A DNA stretch of 64,000 nucleotides from positions 5,393 to 69,392 of the forward strand of contig CAMDGG010000006.1 of NCBI GenBank assembly GCA_945898045.1, written 5' to 3'. Of the stretch, positions 45,189 to 56,908 are shown in pieces (the stretch's first letter is position 1; the number at the start of each line of letters is the position of its first letter). Source of the DNA: a bacterium UBP8_UBA817. GTDB lineage: Bacteria > Margulisbacteria > Marinamargulisbacteria > SXXA01 > SICP01. Both the position numbers and the translations under genes were made by a program. Below the pieces are notes generated by a model. The model saw nothing but the letters and a program-made list of their open reading frames with translations, was not told where the DNA came from and did no database searches.

Positions 45189-46148
45189 CTAATAAGCCCA
45201 GCGGAACAAGGTCGTGCCCCATGTAAACCCTGCGCCGAAACCTGCCAAGAGCACCACGTCTCCCCGCTTCAGACGACCAGCCTGTTTTGCATCGCATAAT
45301 GCCATCGGAATCGACGCCGCTGACGTATTACCATAGATCTCAATCGTTTTCATGACACGGTCTTCAGGAATGCCCAAACGCTCACGAGTGGCTTCGATGA
45401 TACGCAAATTTGCTTGATGCAGAACCAGTAAATCCACATCAGAGCCCGACAATCCATTCTTTTGTAAAATCGCCTCAACAGCTGGAACCACCGCGTTGAC
45501 CGCCACCTTAAATACGGCACGTCCATCCATGTAAATATGAGACGGCCCATCGGGCTTCACTTGTAAAATATCGGCATAAGATCCATCCGAATATAATTTC
45601 GAATCGATCAGGCCCAAGCCCTCCGGAACTTGGCCAACAACACAAGCACCGGCACCATCTCCAAACAAAATACAAATGCTGCGATCCGTCCAATCCAAAT
45701 GACGACTCAACACATCACCCGCCACAACCAAAACGTATCGACAAGATCCCGTCGCCACATATTGCTCAGCCATAGAAAGTGCATAATTAAATCCCGTACA
45801 GGCAGCCGAAACATCCACCGCCCCAATATCTTTGCGCAACCCCAAACGATCTTGAAGCAAACAGGCCGTCGATGGGAATAGTGCAAAATCCGGTGTTGAC
45901 GTGGCTACAATCACCATATCAATATCCGTAGGCGAAATCCCTGCATCTTTAATAGCATCTTGAGAGGCGCCATACGCTAAGTGAGACGTCCGAGTCTCAG
46001 CGTCCGCAATACGTCTCTCACGAATACCCGTACGAGAAACAATCCACTCATCTGTTGTATCCAACCCACCCGCCACAAGATCCTGATTGGTCACAATGGT
46101 ATCGGGCACACACTTTCCTATACCAATAATCCCAACAGGAAAAATCAT
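45189..46148 (-). CDS. fabH: 3-oxoacyl-ACP synthase III
   Basis: AACTGFNYAL, HQANLRI and GNTSAASIP motifs. Confidence 0.95.
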   Translation of the reverse strand: MIFPVGIIGIGKCVPDTIVTNQDLVAGGLDTTDEWIVSRTGIRERRIADAETRTSHLAYGASQDAIKDAGISPTDIDMVIVATSTPDFALFPSTACLLQDRLGLRKDIGAVDVSAACTGFNYALSMAEQYVATGSCRYVLVVAGDVLSRHLDWTDRSICILFGDGAGACVVGQVPEGLGLIDSKLYSDGSYADILQVKPDGPSHIYMDGRAVFKVAVNAVVPAVEAILQKNGLSGSDVDLLVLHQANLRIIEATRERLGIPEDRVMKTIEIYGNTSAASIPMALCDAKQAGRLKRGDVVLLAGFGAGFTWGTTLFRWAY

Positions 46149-47146
46149 GAATGCAATGCAGCAGAAATCTGCTGAACAATCTGACCCTCTACCGAACGCA
46201 TCGCCGTACCAATGGCATTTTTCATAGAAACTGCACTTGAGCTTCCATGCGCGATAATAGAAACCCCATCCACACCCAATAACGGCGCACCGCCATATTG
46301 TTCGTGATCATATCGTTTTATAAATCTCTTCAAACTCGACTTCAGCAACAAAAGACCCAGCATAGAGAGCACAGATCTTTTTGCTTCCGTTTTGAAAAAA
46401 TTCATAAAAAGAGACGTCACCCCTTCACCAAATTTAAGTAACGTATTTCCTACAAAACCATCGCACACCACCACATCTACGTTACCAGACAAAATATATT
46501 TACTCTCAATATTCCCCACAAAATGAAGAGGCAATTGCTGAAGTAATTCAAAGGCAGCCTGTGTTTGCTGGTTTCCTTTTTCAACTTCTTCACCAATATT
46601 TAATAACGCTACCCTGGGTTTTTCGACACCCAACATAATTTTCGAAAAACAATTACCCATCGTCGCAAACTGCGCCAAATGATCCGGCTTGCAATCAACT
46701 GAAGACCCAATATCTAACAAAATAAACGGCGTAGTCTTTGTCGGCAAAACAGACGCAATTGCAGGACGTTCTACATTGGCAATTCTACCCAAGATAAACG
46801 TAGACGCCATCATTACAGCACCCGTATTACCAGCAGACACAAACGCGTCCGCCCCACCCTCTTTAACCAAGCGCAAGCCCACCTGAATAGACGACTCTTT
46901 TTTCTTACGAAAAGACACCGCTGGGGATTCCCCCATACCCACCACTTCTGGGGCATGATGAATTGAAAGACGCGGGTGGGGCCAATGCGATTTAAATTCA
47001 GACGCAGAAAGAGCAGCCAAAAGCTGCTCTTGTGGACCCACTAATATAATATCAACAGAAAATTCTTCAACCGCTAGAAAAGCACCCTTAAGAACTTCTC
47101 CAGGGGCATAATCACCGCCCATCGCGTCTAGTGCGATTTTAAGCAA
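46145..47146 (-). CDS. plsX: phosphate acyltransferase PlsX
   Basis: IALDAMGGDYAP N-terminus and the conserved rpmF-plsX-fabH order. Confidence 0.93.
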   Translation of the reverse strand: MLKIALDAMGGDYAPGEVLKGAFLAVEEFSVDIILVGPQEQLLAALSASEFKSHWPHPRLSIHHAPEVVGMGESPAVSFRKKKESSIQVGLRLVKEGGADAFVSAGNTGAVMMASTFILGRIANVERPAIASVLPTKTTPFILLDIGSSVDCKPDHLAQFATMGNCFSKIMLGVEKPRVALLNIGEEVEKGNQQTQAAFELLQQLPLHFVGNIESKYILSGNVDVVVCDGFVGNTLLKFGEGVTSLFMNFFKTEAKRSVLSMLGLLLLKSSLKRFIKRYDHEQYGGAPLLGVDGVSIIAHGSSSAVSMKNAIGTAMRSVEGQIVQQISAALHS

Positions 47147-47344
47147 TTAATCTGCCTTTTTGGTTTTTTCTTTGATAACCAATACTTGCTTCCCGTTGTA
47201 TACACCACAGTCAGGACACACACGGTGTTGAATAATCAACGCGCGGCAAGCTGCACAAGGAACCAAATTTGGTGTTTCAATTTTCCAATTAGCGTGATGT
47301 GAACGTTTTTTAGACTTGGATCGTCTACGTTTTGGTACTGGCAT
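47147..47344 (-). CDS. rpmF: 50S ribosomal protein L32
   Basis: MPVPKRRRSKSKKRSHHANWK start and a CxxC...CxxC zinc ribbon. Confidence 0.9.
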   Translation of the reverse strand: MPVPKRRRSKSKKRSHHANWKIETPNLVPCAACRALIIQHRVCPDCGVYNGKQVLVIKEKTKKAD

Positions 47345-47376
47345 TTTTTTTCCTACCTACTAAAAATTAAAAACAA

Positions 47377-47399
47377 GAGAGCTCATCATACGGGCTCTC
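47377..47399 (-). terminator. probable rho-independent terminator after glnA
   Basis: On the minus strand a GAGAGC...GCTCTC stem (47377-47382 / 47394-47399) is followed by TTGTTTTTAATTTTT. Confidence 0.55.
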
Positions 47400-47420
47400 G
47401 CAACTATCGTCAATAAAGGT

Positions 47421-48842
47421 CTATACGTCGTAATAAAGAGCAAACTCCCAAGGATGTGGGCGCAAGTTCATTTCATGAACTTCTTTTGTCATCTTGTATT
47501 GAATCCATGTTTCGATAACGTCTTCTGTAAATACGTCCCCTTTCAACAAAAACGCATGATCTTTTTCAAGTTCAGCCAACGCCTCTCTCAATGTCTCAGG
47601 TGTTTGAGGGATCTTGGATAACTCTTCAGGCGGAAGATCATAGATATCTTTGTCCATAGGTTCGCCCGGATCAATTTTATTGGCAATACCATCAAGCGCT
47701 GCCATTAAGATCGCTGAAAACGCCAAATACGGGTTGCTGCTTGCATCAGGACATCTAAACTCAAACCGCTTTGCCTTCTCTGAAGAATGGTACATTGGGA
47801 TCCGAATAGCCGCACTTCTGTTACGTCTTGAATACGCTAAATTAACAGGCGCTTCAAATCCAGGCACCAACCGTTTGTAGCTATTGGTAGTGGGGTTAGT
47901 AAATGCCAACAAGGCTCGCGCATGCTTTAAAATACCACCAATCGCATACATCGCGGTCTCAGTCATTCCGCCATACCCATCACCAGCAAATAAATTTTTA
48001 TTGGCTTTCCAAATTGAAAAGTGAACGTGCATACCCGATCCATTATCGTTATATAAAGGCTTCGGCATAAATGTAACCGTCTTATCATGTTGATTGGCCA
48101 CATTTTTAATAACGTATTTATATTTCATCAAATTATCAGCCATCGTCACAAGCGAATTAAAACGAATAGCAATTTCACCTTGTCCACCTGTTGCCACTTC
48201 ATGGTGCTGAGCTTCTGTCTCAATCCCAACCTCTTGTAGCGTCAACATCATCTCACTTCGAAGATCATGATGTTTATCCGTAGGAGGCACTGGAAAGTAC
48301 CCTTCTTTGTTACGTGGCTTATATCCTAAGTTAGGATATTCTTCGCGACCAGTATTCCAACGCCCTTCAACAGAATCTAAATGATAAAACCCTTGATTTT
48401 GTGTTTGATCAAAGCGAACATCATCAAAAATGAAAAATTCTGCTTCCGGCCCAAAAAAGGCAATGTCACCTACACCTGTAGATGCCAAATACTTTTCAGC
48501 TTTCTTGGCGATATTACGCGGATCCCGACTATAATCTTCGCCTGTAACAGGGTCGCAAATATCACAGACCATAACCAACGTCTTATGCTCCATGAACGGA
48601 TCAATAAACGCCGTATTAGCAACGGGTTTAACCAACATGTCCGACTCATTAATTGCCTGCCATCCCCGCATACTTGATCCATCAAAACCAAAACCAGTTT
48701 CAAAAGCATCTTCGTCAATTCGATGAGAAGGCACGGTGAAATGTTGCCAAGCCCCCAAAAAATCAACAAATCTTAAATCAACCAGCGCAATCTCTTCTCG
48801 CTTAAGTAAATCCACAACATCTTTGGGTAATTTTATATCCAA
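47421..48842 (-). CDS. glnA: glutamine synthetase type I
   Basis: 473 aa with GSGMHVHFS and NPYL motifs and typical GS-I length. Confidence 0.93.
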   Translation of the reverse strand: MDIKLPKDVVDLLKREEIALVDLRFVDFLGAWQHFTVPSHRIDEDAFETGFGFDGSSMRGWQAINESDMLVKPVANTAFIDPFMEHKTLVMVCDICDPVTGEDYSRDPRNIAKKAEKYLASTGVGDIAFFGPEAEFFIFDDVRFDQTQNQGFYHLDSVEGRWNTGREEYPNLGYKPRNKEGYFPVPPTDKHHDLRSEMMLTLQEVGIETEAQHHEVATGGQGEIAIRFNSLVTMADNLMKYKYVIKNVANQHDKTVTFMPKPLYNDNGSGMHVHFSIWKANKNLFAGDGYGGMTETAMYAIGGILKHARALLAFTNPTTNSYKRLVPGFEAPVNLAYSRRNRSAAIRIPMYHSSEKAKRFEFRCPDASSNPYLAFSAILMAALDGIANKIDPGEPMDKDIYDLPPEELSKIPQTPETLREALAELEKDHAFLLKGDVFTEDVIETWIQYKMTKEVHEMNLRPHPWEFALYYDV

Positions 48843-48915
48843 GACAAGCCTCCTAATTGATAAAACAGAATATTTTAGAGCATTATAGCGATAACTTTAC
48901 GGATTTTGAATAGAC

Positions 48916-50535
<1,620 letters not shown>

Positions 50536-50670
50536 TCAATTCGGGGGAATAATACGGGAGTTCACTGTAACACATACCAAACGTAGTTTGCAATTTAGAA
50601 CTTTTAAAAACAAGGCAAATTACCAAATTTTCACAAACACGTCACATAAAATTCAAATAAACGTATATGC

Positions 50671-50700
50671 TTGACATTACAAAAATAGACAAAGTAATAT
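50671..50700 (+). promoter_or_regulatory. sigma70-like promoter candidate for brnTA
   Basis: TTGACA (50671-50676), an 18-nt spacer, then TAATAT (50695-50700). This lies only ~10 nt before the ATG at 50710, implying a very short or absent leader. Confidence 0.4.
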
Positions 50701-50709
50701 AAAATATAT

Positions 50710-50994
50710 ATGCCTATCGAAGAAATAGAATTTGAATGGGATCAATGGAATATACAAAAAAACGAAACCAAACATGGTGTCTCTTCTGTAGAAGCTGAAA
50801 GCGTTTTTTCGGATCCGAAATTAAAACTCTATGAAGACATCAAACACAGTACTGAAAAAGAAAAACGATTTATCTGCTATGGGAAAAGTCGTTTACATCG
50901 CATCCTAATGATCGCATTTACACTTCGTAAACAAAAAGTCAGAATCATTAGCGCACGATCTGCATCAAAAAGTGAAAGGAGCGCTTACCAATGA
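50710..50994 (+). CDS. brnT: BrnT-family (DUF497) toxin
   Basis: FEWDQWNIQKNETKHGVSSVEAESVFSDP matches the BrnT N-terminal signature. Confidence 0.8.
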   Translation: MPIEEIEFEWDQWNIQKNETKHGVSSVEAESVFSDPKLKLYEDIKHSTEKEKRFICYGKSRLHRILMIAFTLRKQKVRIISARSASKSERSAYQ

Positions 50995-51263
50995 AAAAAA
51001 CACCCTCTAAAAAAACAGAAATAACACTTTACGATGACTACGACACAACCTCATTCATCAACAAAAAAAAGCCGCTCTCATTAAAAGATATCGGACTCAA
51101 GTTACCCACAGAATCTCCGACAACAGTCATCAGTATCCGCCTACCCAATAAAATGCTCAACGCCATTCGCGCCTTTTCATCAGAAAATGACCTCCCTTAC
51201 CAAAGCGTCATCAAACTTTTTTTACAAAAAGAAATCAAGCGAAACAAACTAATTAAGCATTAA
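50991..51263 (+). CDS. brnA: BrnA-like antitoxin (CopG/RHH C-terminus)
   Basis: 4-nt overlap with brnT. 90 aa with C-terminal ISIRLPNKMLNAIRAFSSENDLPYQSVIKLFL, typical of BrnA. Confidence 0.7.
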   Translation: MKKTPSKKTEITLYDDYDTTSFINKKKPLSLKDIGLKLPTESPTTVISIRLPNKMLNAIRAFSSENDLPYQSVIKLFLQKEIKRNKLIKH

Positions 51264-51871
51264 AGAACCCCTATAAAAGACTGCAACCGCCCAGCTAACT
51301 CGCCCTCCCTCCGATACGAGTAAAATAAATCTGGCTGCTCGGCTGTACATAACCCAGACTCTATAATTTCATAGGAACCCAATTTCAAAACCGACATAAT
51401 TTGTTTTTTATTTTCACCCACCAAATCATAATGCAAATCCAAATCTCGATCGATCTGATAACACCCTTCACAAATCGCCGGGCCAAACCAAAATTTCAGG
51501 CCATCCAATACCCCAAATGCCTCTGTCATACACCGCAGAGTCTCAATAAGAATCCCAGATTCCGTCCCCTTCCGTCCCGCATGTACAGCTCCAATTACAC
51601 CCGATTCATGTGCAATCAAAATCGGCAAACAATCTGCAGTCCGAACCGACACCAAGACGCCAGGCTCTTTTGTCACAAGTGCATCTACATTTTCAATTAA
51701 AACATGTTTATCTTTTGCTAACATTTCAGACGTAACAGCCACACACGTTGCCGAATGAACTTGTTTCATCGACACCCAGTACCGATAGTCAAATTGCTGA
51801 TAAAAAAGTGAGGAAGCTGGATACTCGCGCTGCGTCACACCAAATCTTAGTCCGGGGAAAGAAAAACTCAT
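51260..51871 (-). CDS. pgeF: peptidoglycan editing factor PgeF / YfiH laccase-domain protein
   Basis: MKQVHS...VDALVT...TADCLPIL...GAVHAGRKGT...C..CY motifs. Confidence 0.85.
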   Translation of the reverse strand: MSFSFPGLRFGVTQREYPASSLFYQQFDYRYWVSMKQVHSATCVAVTSEMLAKDKHVLIENVDALVTKEPGVLVSVRTADCLPILIAHESGVIGAVHAGRKGTESGILIETLRCMTEAFGVLDGLKFWFGPAICEGCYQIDRDLDLHYDLVGENKKQIMSVLKLGSYEIIESGLCTAEQPDLFYSYRREGELAGRLQSFIGVL

Positions 51872-53028
51872 TTTAAATTCAAAAAAGGGCGATACGTATC
51901 GCGCGAAACAGAATCAAAATGGGCTTCAGGATAGGCTGCTGTCCAAGCGGCAGGCGGATTAGAAATTTTTCGAGAAAATTTAAACTCATATCCACTAAGC
52001 TCCACACCAGATTCTTCTATATAGTCTAACTCCGCACCCGTATGAATTCTCCAAAAATAGGAACGAACTATTTTCCCCTGATATGCATTCTGTTTCAGCC
52101 GCTCTATTATGAGCATGTTCTCCCAAAGTGCCCCTCGATCTGCCCTAAGATTCAACGGGGAGAAATTCTGAATAAGACTATTACGAATACCCAAATCATA
52201 AAAATAAATCTTATTCATTTTTGTCACTTCTTTTCTTAAATTTCTACTAAACCCTGATAATCGAAAAATAACAAAAGATTTTTCAAGTAAATCAATATAA
52301 TGCGCAATCGTGTCTTTATTCATTTCAAGCTTCTGACCTAGTTCAGAAAGCGATACTTCAGACCCAATCTGGAAAGCTAACAATTTAAGTAAGTCCTGTA
52401 ATTTACTCGCATACTTAATAGACTTTAACTCCAAAATATCTTGATACAAATACGACGAACTTAACTCATTGAGATCTCGAATTTTTTCTGCTTGGTTTTC
52501 ACACACCAGCACATCAGGATACCCACCATAAATCATATGCGCCTCAAGATATCGATCAAGCTCATAAGGTGGATACACAGCGTCAAGCTCTTTAAGCGCA
52601 ATCGGAAACAAAGTATAGGTACGCGTCCTACCTGTAAGCGGTTCTTTAATTTTATTAGCCAAATCAAAAGAAGAAGACCCTGTTGCAATAATTTTAAGCT
52701 CGGGCATATTGTCATACATTAGTTTGAGGGTAAGCCCAATATTTTCAATACGCTGGGCTTCATCAATACAAACAATGTCATAGCCTGCCGTCAGAAGACG
52801 AAGCTGATTTAAATCTTGAGAAGATAAAATCCGAGAAATCTCACGATCATCTGTAGTAAAAAGAACAGATTTTTTTGACAACTTGGAGAAAACAGTTTTA
52901 ACAAGCGTTGTCTTCCCAACCTGCCTTGGACCATACAAAACAATAATTTTTGATTTTTTCTGGGATAAAATCTGTATGATTTCTACTTCAATTTGGCGTA
53001 TAACAATCATATCAAGATAGTACCACAA
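51868..53028 (-). CDS. AAA+ ATPase with C-terminal DUF4143-like domain
   Basis: Walker A YGPRQVGKTT and Walker B CIDEAQ. The C-terminal half (GALWENMLIIE...ELDYI) resembles the DUF4143 restriction-endonuclease-like region. Confidence 0.75.
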   Translation of the reverse strand: MWYYLDMIVIRQIEVEIIQILSQKKSKIIVLYGPRQVGKTTLVKTVFSKLSKKSVLFTTDDREISRILSSQDLNQLRLLTAGYDIVCIDEAQRIENIGLTLKLMYDNMPELKIIATGSSSFDLANKIKEPLTGRTRTYTLFPIALKELDAVYPPYELDRYLEAHMIYGGYPDVLVCENQAEKIRDLNELSSSYLYQDILELKSIKYASKLQDLLKLLAFQIGSEVSLSELGQKLEMNKDTIAHYIDLLEKSFVIFRLSGFSRNLRKEVTKMNKIYFYDLGIRNSLIQNFSPLNLRADRGALWENMLIIERLKQNAYQGKIVRSYFWRIHTGAELDYIEESGVELSGYEFKFSRKISNPPAAWTAAYPEAHFDSVSRDTYRPFLNLK

Positions 53029-53038
53029 AAAACAAAAG

Positions 53039-53096
53039 TAGCCTAATTCGCGCGATTTCCGCTAGTCGACTAGCCTAATTAGCGCGATTTCCGCTA
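53039..53096. repeat. two tandem 26-nt direct repeats separated by GTCGAC
   Basis: TAGCCTAATTCGCGCGATTTCCGCTA (53039-53064), GTCGAC (53065-53070), TAGCCTAATTAGCGCGATTTCCGCTA (53071-53096). Identity is 25/26. Copy 1 contains the palindrome TCGCGCGA. Copy 2 overlaps the dprA stop codon. Confidence 0.9.
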
Positions 53097-54245
53097 ATAC
53101 GCCTGTTTCCGAAACCCCTGTCCCGATATCTGCTCCACAAGCCCCCTCACTTCAAATACCGTTAACGACTGCAACACCTGCGCAATATCCAACTCTGTTT
53201 TATCAACCAAGGCATCCAAAGAAACAGACGCGACGCCAAGCGCATCCCAAATTTTTTGCTCAGACTCTGTTAACTCCCAATCCGGCCCAATTATTTTCTC
53301 TGATTTAGGGGACATTCTGGCTGGCTTAATCAAATAAGAAAATTCAGTCACAACATCTTCATACGACATCACCAATTTGGCGCCATCCTGAATCAACCGA
53401 TGGTTGCCATAAGTTAGTGGGGAAAAAATAGATCCCGGCACCACAAACACATCCCGATTTTCTTCCATCGCCAAACGAGCTGTAATCAAAGACCCACTTT
53501 TTTCGCCCGCTTCAACCACCAATAACCCCTGACACAGCCCGCTCACAATGCGATTACGCTGGGGAAACCGATACGCAAGACCAGAAACTCCTAATGGAAA
53601 CTCTGAAAGAACCACGCCATTAGAAATAATTTCTCCAAATAATCCCGTATTAGAAGTCGGATAGACGACATCCAATCCCGTCCCAACCACCGACACCGTC
53701 GGATGCCCTGCTTCCAAAGTTGTACGATGCGCAACCGTATCAATCCCTTCTGCCATACCCGATACAATCAAGAAATACGGGGCCAATTCTGCCACCAACT
53801 TCTCAGTCGCACGACGCCCATAATCCGACATCTTACGCGTCCCAACAACGCCTAGCATCGCGCGAGAAAGCAACGACACATCCCCACGATAATAAAGCAA
53901 TAACGGTGCCTGATGAATCTCCAAAACCTGTGACGGAAATAGCTCATCGTCAGCATACAAAACACCGATATCTCTAGAGGCTAAAGCTGCCAAGACCTTT
54001 TCTGGATCAAAATTTTGAATACGCTCACGATAATACCCCAGAGATTTTTCAGAAATCCCTTCTCGAACAAAAAAATCTTCAAGGCCAACCCGACAACTTT
54101 CCCAATCAGAAAATAGCCCCGCCAACTTTCGCATTCTGGCTGGGGAATCATGAAAAAGAAAACTTAAAAACAACCACAAGTGCCTATGCAAAACGACACC
54201 CCACTTCCTCTCGAACACGATGATCCAACGCCACAATATCTTCAA
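53094..54245 (-). CDS. dprA: DNA-processing protein DprA (Smf); start uncertain
   Basis: GMAEGIDTVAHRTTLEAGHPTVSVVGTGLDVVYP Rossmann-like core and a C-terminal wHTH-like tail. The track start overlaps dxr by 62 nt, so an in-frame GTG (54218) or TTG (54191) may be the real start. Confidence 0.85.
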   Translation of the reverse strand: MKILWRWIIVFERKWGVVLHRHLWLFLSFLFHDSPARMRKLAGLFSDWESCRVGLEDFFVREGISEKSLGYYRERIQNFDPEKVLAALASRDIGVLYADDELFPSQVLEIHQAPLLLYYRGDVSLLSRAMLGVVGTRKMSDYGRRATEKLVAELAPYFLIVSGMAEGIDTVAHRTTLEAGHPTVSVVGTGLDVVYPTSNTGLFGEIISNGVVLSEFPLGVSGLAYRFPQRNRIVSGLCQGLLVVEAGEKSGSLITARLAMEENRDVFVVPGSIFSPLTYGNHRLIQDGAKLVMSYEDVVTEFSYLIKPARMSPKSEKIIGPDWELTESEQKIWDALGVASVSLDALVDKTELDIAQVLQSLTVFEVRGLVEQISGQGFRKQAY

Positions 54246-55374
54246 ACGTAGGACACTGCTCCTGACTCAATCTTGCAACAGTATCGCGAACCAAATTCGC
54301 AATATCTAAAAATTTTATTTTCTCATCCAAAAATAACCTCACCGCCACTTCATTAGCGGCATTCATAACAAGCGGTGCAGCTCCGCCTTGTCGCCCAGCA
54401 TCAAACGCCAATTGCAATAACGGAAATTTCTTAAAATCAGGCGCATGAAACGTCAATGATTTTAATGCCGAAAGCTGCATTTTTGGCCAAGGATTCGGGA
54501 GCTTTTCAGGATACGTCAACACGTACTGAATTGGAAATCGCATATCGGGTAATCCCATCTGCGCCAAAAAAGTTCCGTCCGAAAACTCTACCAGACTATG
54601 CACAATACTCGTCGGATGAATAATTATATCCAGTCGATCATACTCAATACCAAATAAATGATGCGCCTCAATCACTTCTAAGCCTTTATTCATCATCGTT
54701 GCAGAATCAATCGTAATTTTAGACCCCATTGTCCAATTGGGATGCTGCAGAGCCTCTTCCCGAGTAATGTCAGAAAACGTCTCTAATGGACGATCCCAAA
54801 AGGGCCCACCCGATGCCGTCAAAACCAATTTAGACACTTGTTTTTCATCTTCCAAAATTCCCGCCAAACATTGTTTGATAGCTGCATGCTCAGAATCTAT
54901 CGGTAAAATAGAAACTTTTTTTTCACGTGCAAGCGACATCACATAATCGCCAGCCGCAACCAGAATTTCCTTGCAAGCAAGTCCAATAGAAATTCCCTGT
55001 CGAATCGCATGTACCGTCGGCATCAAAGCAGCTGTACCCACAATCGCAACAACCAACAAATCAGGGTCTCCGAAAACAGCCAATTCCAATAACCCAGAGT
55101 CTCCCCAAACAACCTGCGTCGAAAGAGCCTGCACACTACAAAAACTAGTCATAATTTCAGCATCAGCCTGTGTTAAAACACAAACAATTTGAGGCCGAAA
55201 AATCAAAACCTGTTCTTGCAACAAAACAATGTTAGACCCAGCCGAAAGACCTATCACCCGAAAGCGTTCCGGAAAAGCACGAATCACTTCCAGAGCCTGA
55301 CACCCTATAGATCCTGTTGACCCTAAAATGGAAACCGATTTAATGGAGAAAGATGAGGAAGACATAATAGACAA
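54184..55374 (-). CDS. dxr: 1-deoxy-D-xylulose-5-phosphate reductoisomerase
   Basis: ILGSTGSIG NADPH motif, LPIDSEH and NKGLEVIEAHHLF. Confidence 0.93.
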   Translation of the reverse strand: MSIMSSSSFSIKSVSILGSTGSIGCQALEVIRAFPERFRVIGLSAGSNIVLLQEQVLIFRPQIVCVLTQADAEIMTSFCSVQALSTQVVWGDSGLLELAVFGDPDLLVVAIVGTAALMPTVHAIRQGISIGLACKEILVAAGDYVMSLAREKKVSILPIDSEHAAIKQCLAGILEDEKQVSKLVLTASGGPFWDRPLETFSDITREEALQHPNWTMGSKITIDSATMMNKGLEVIEAHHLFGIEYDRLDIIIHPTSIVHSLVEFSDGTFLAQMGLPDMRFPIQYVLTYPEKLPNPWPKMQLSALKSLTFHAPDFKKFPLLQLAFDAGRQGGAAPLVMNAANEVAVRLFLDEKIKFLDIANLVRDTVARLSQEQCPTFEDIVALDHRVREEVGCRFA

Positions 55375-56137
55375 AAGGACTCACCAATAAAAAGCTATCC
55401 GCACGATCATAAAATCCACCATGTCCCGGTAAAAAATCAGAAGAATCTTTGACGTGATAAAAACGCTTAGTTAGCGACTCATGCAAATCACCCAATTGTG
55501 CTAAAAATCCAATCGCTATCGCTGTTAAAAAATACACACAAAAAGGTAATCCAAAAAACCAAATATATAAAGCAGACACTGCTAACGACCCAAAAAATCC
55601 GATCACAGAACCTTCTACCGTTTTATTAGGACTCAATTCAGACAAAGGGGTTTTTCCGAATTTTCTGCCGCCAAAAAGAGCAAATGTATCGCTGGATGTC
55701 ACAGCCAACAAACAAAAAAACATCGCATATCCACCATAAGGCAACGTCCTCACCAAATAAATATAGGGGCATGTAAAACAAATAAATATGACACTTCTTA
55801 AAAAACTCAAAAACGGATGGTGCTGAAACCATAGCCTGCGAAAAACCAACTCAATAACCGCCATACCAATCATGAGTAACGCCATACCCATCGCATAAGG
55901 AGACTTCCATAAATTCTGTAATCCAGGCAATAACGCAAACGACATTGCAATCGCGATACCGCCCAATCCCGTCACCAACATCCAAAAAGGCAAAGGCTTT
56001 ACAGAGAGCTGCAACAACTCAAACATACAAAAAAGAGAAACCATTAAAACAAATAACCAAAACCAAAAATCACCAACCGTGATAACAAGCATTCCTAAAG
56101 AAAACAACACAATCGCGGTGATCCATCGTTTCAACAT
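55340..56137 (-). CDS. cdsA: phosphatidate cytidylyltransferase
   Basis: C-terminal SLTKRFYHVKDSSDFLPGHGGFYDRADS signature, polytopic. Confidence 0.9.
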   Translation of the reverse strand: MLKRWITAIVLFSLGMLVITVGDFWFWLFVLMVSLFCMFELLQLSVKPLPFWMLVTGLGGIAIAMSFALLPGLQNLWKSPYAMGMALLMIGMAVIELVFRRLWFQHHPFLSFLRSVIFICFTCPYIYLVRTLPYGGYAMFFCLLAVTSSDTFALFGGRKFGKTPLSELSPNKTVEGSVIGFFGSLAVSALYIWFFGLPFCVYFLTAIAIGFLAQLGDLHESLTKRFYHVKDSSDFLPGHGGFYDRADSFLLVSPFVYYVFLIFLH

Positions 56138-56908
56138 TTACACACCTCCAAACCGACGTGTACGCGTCTGGAACTGTGATACGACTTGTGCCAAAGCAGC
56201 ACGATCAAAATCAGGCCACAGCGTATCCAAAAAGAAAATTTCGCTATAGGCCGATTGCCACAACAAGAAATTACTCAGGCGATGCTCTCCCCCAGGACGA
56301 ATCACTATATCCGGATCCGGAATATCTGCCGTGTACAAATAGCGAGAAAAAACGTCTTCCGTTACTGATTCAGAAGCTAAAACTCCAGATGCAATATCCT
56401 CAGAAAGCCGCCTCACCGCCGACGTCATTTCAGCACGAGATCCATAATTCAATAAAATATTAAACTGCATCACCGTATTATGTTCAGTCGTGTCATGCGC
56501 ATATCGCACCAAATCACGAAGGTCTTTATCCAAACCTTCTACATCACCTAAAATACGAACACGAACCCCTTCTTTATGAAGCTTAGGAATTTCACGTGCA
56601 ATCAACTCGCGAAAAAATTTCATCAAGAATCCCACTTCCTCAGCAGGCCGCGTCCAATTTTCAGTTGAAAACGCATACACAGATAAATAATGAACATGAA
56701 AATCCGCACAGGCACGAATAATTTCGCGAAGCGACTCAGCACCCTGCTTATGCCCCATCACACGAGGCAACCCTTTTTTGGCAGCCCAACGACCGTTTCC
56801 ATCCATCACAATCGCAACATGCTGGGGAATTTTAGAAGGCTCTAATCCAAACGAACGACATAACTCCTGAAACTTGGCATCCTGACCTTGTTCGCCAAGA
56901 ATGGGCAT
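56138..56908 (-). CDS. uppS: isoprenyl (undecaprenyl) diphosphate synthase
   Basis: HVAIVMDGNGRWA and RLSNFLLWQSAYSE motifs. Confidence 0.93.
   Translation of the reverse strand: MPILGEQGQDAKFQELCRSFGLEPSKIPQHVAIVMDGNGRWAAKKGLPRVMGHKQGAESLREIIRACADFHVHYLSVYAFSTENWTRPAEEVGFLMKFFRELIAREIPKLHKEGVRVRILGDVEGLDKDLRDLVRYAHDTTEHNTVMQFNILLNYGSRAEMTSAVRRLSEDIASGVLASESVTEDVFSRYLYTADIPDPDIVIRPGGEHRLSNFLLWQSAYSEIFFLDTLWPDFDRAALAQVVSQFQTRTRRFGGV

Noticed and set aside
45063-45299. Small ORFs 45063-45299 (+) and 45103-45297 (-) in and around the fabH/fibre-gene spacer, and 44632-44895 (-) inside the fibre gene.
   Set aside because: They overlap the 3' end of fabH or the fibre gene in other frames, have no motifs and have odd composition. 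They are most likely spurious.
53039-53096. Possible mini-CRISPR array.
   Set aside because: There are only two repeat copies with a 6-nt spacer and no cas genes. It is better explained as a tandem operator or a local duplication.
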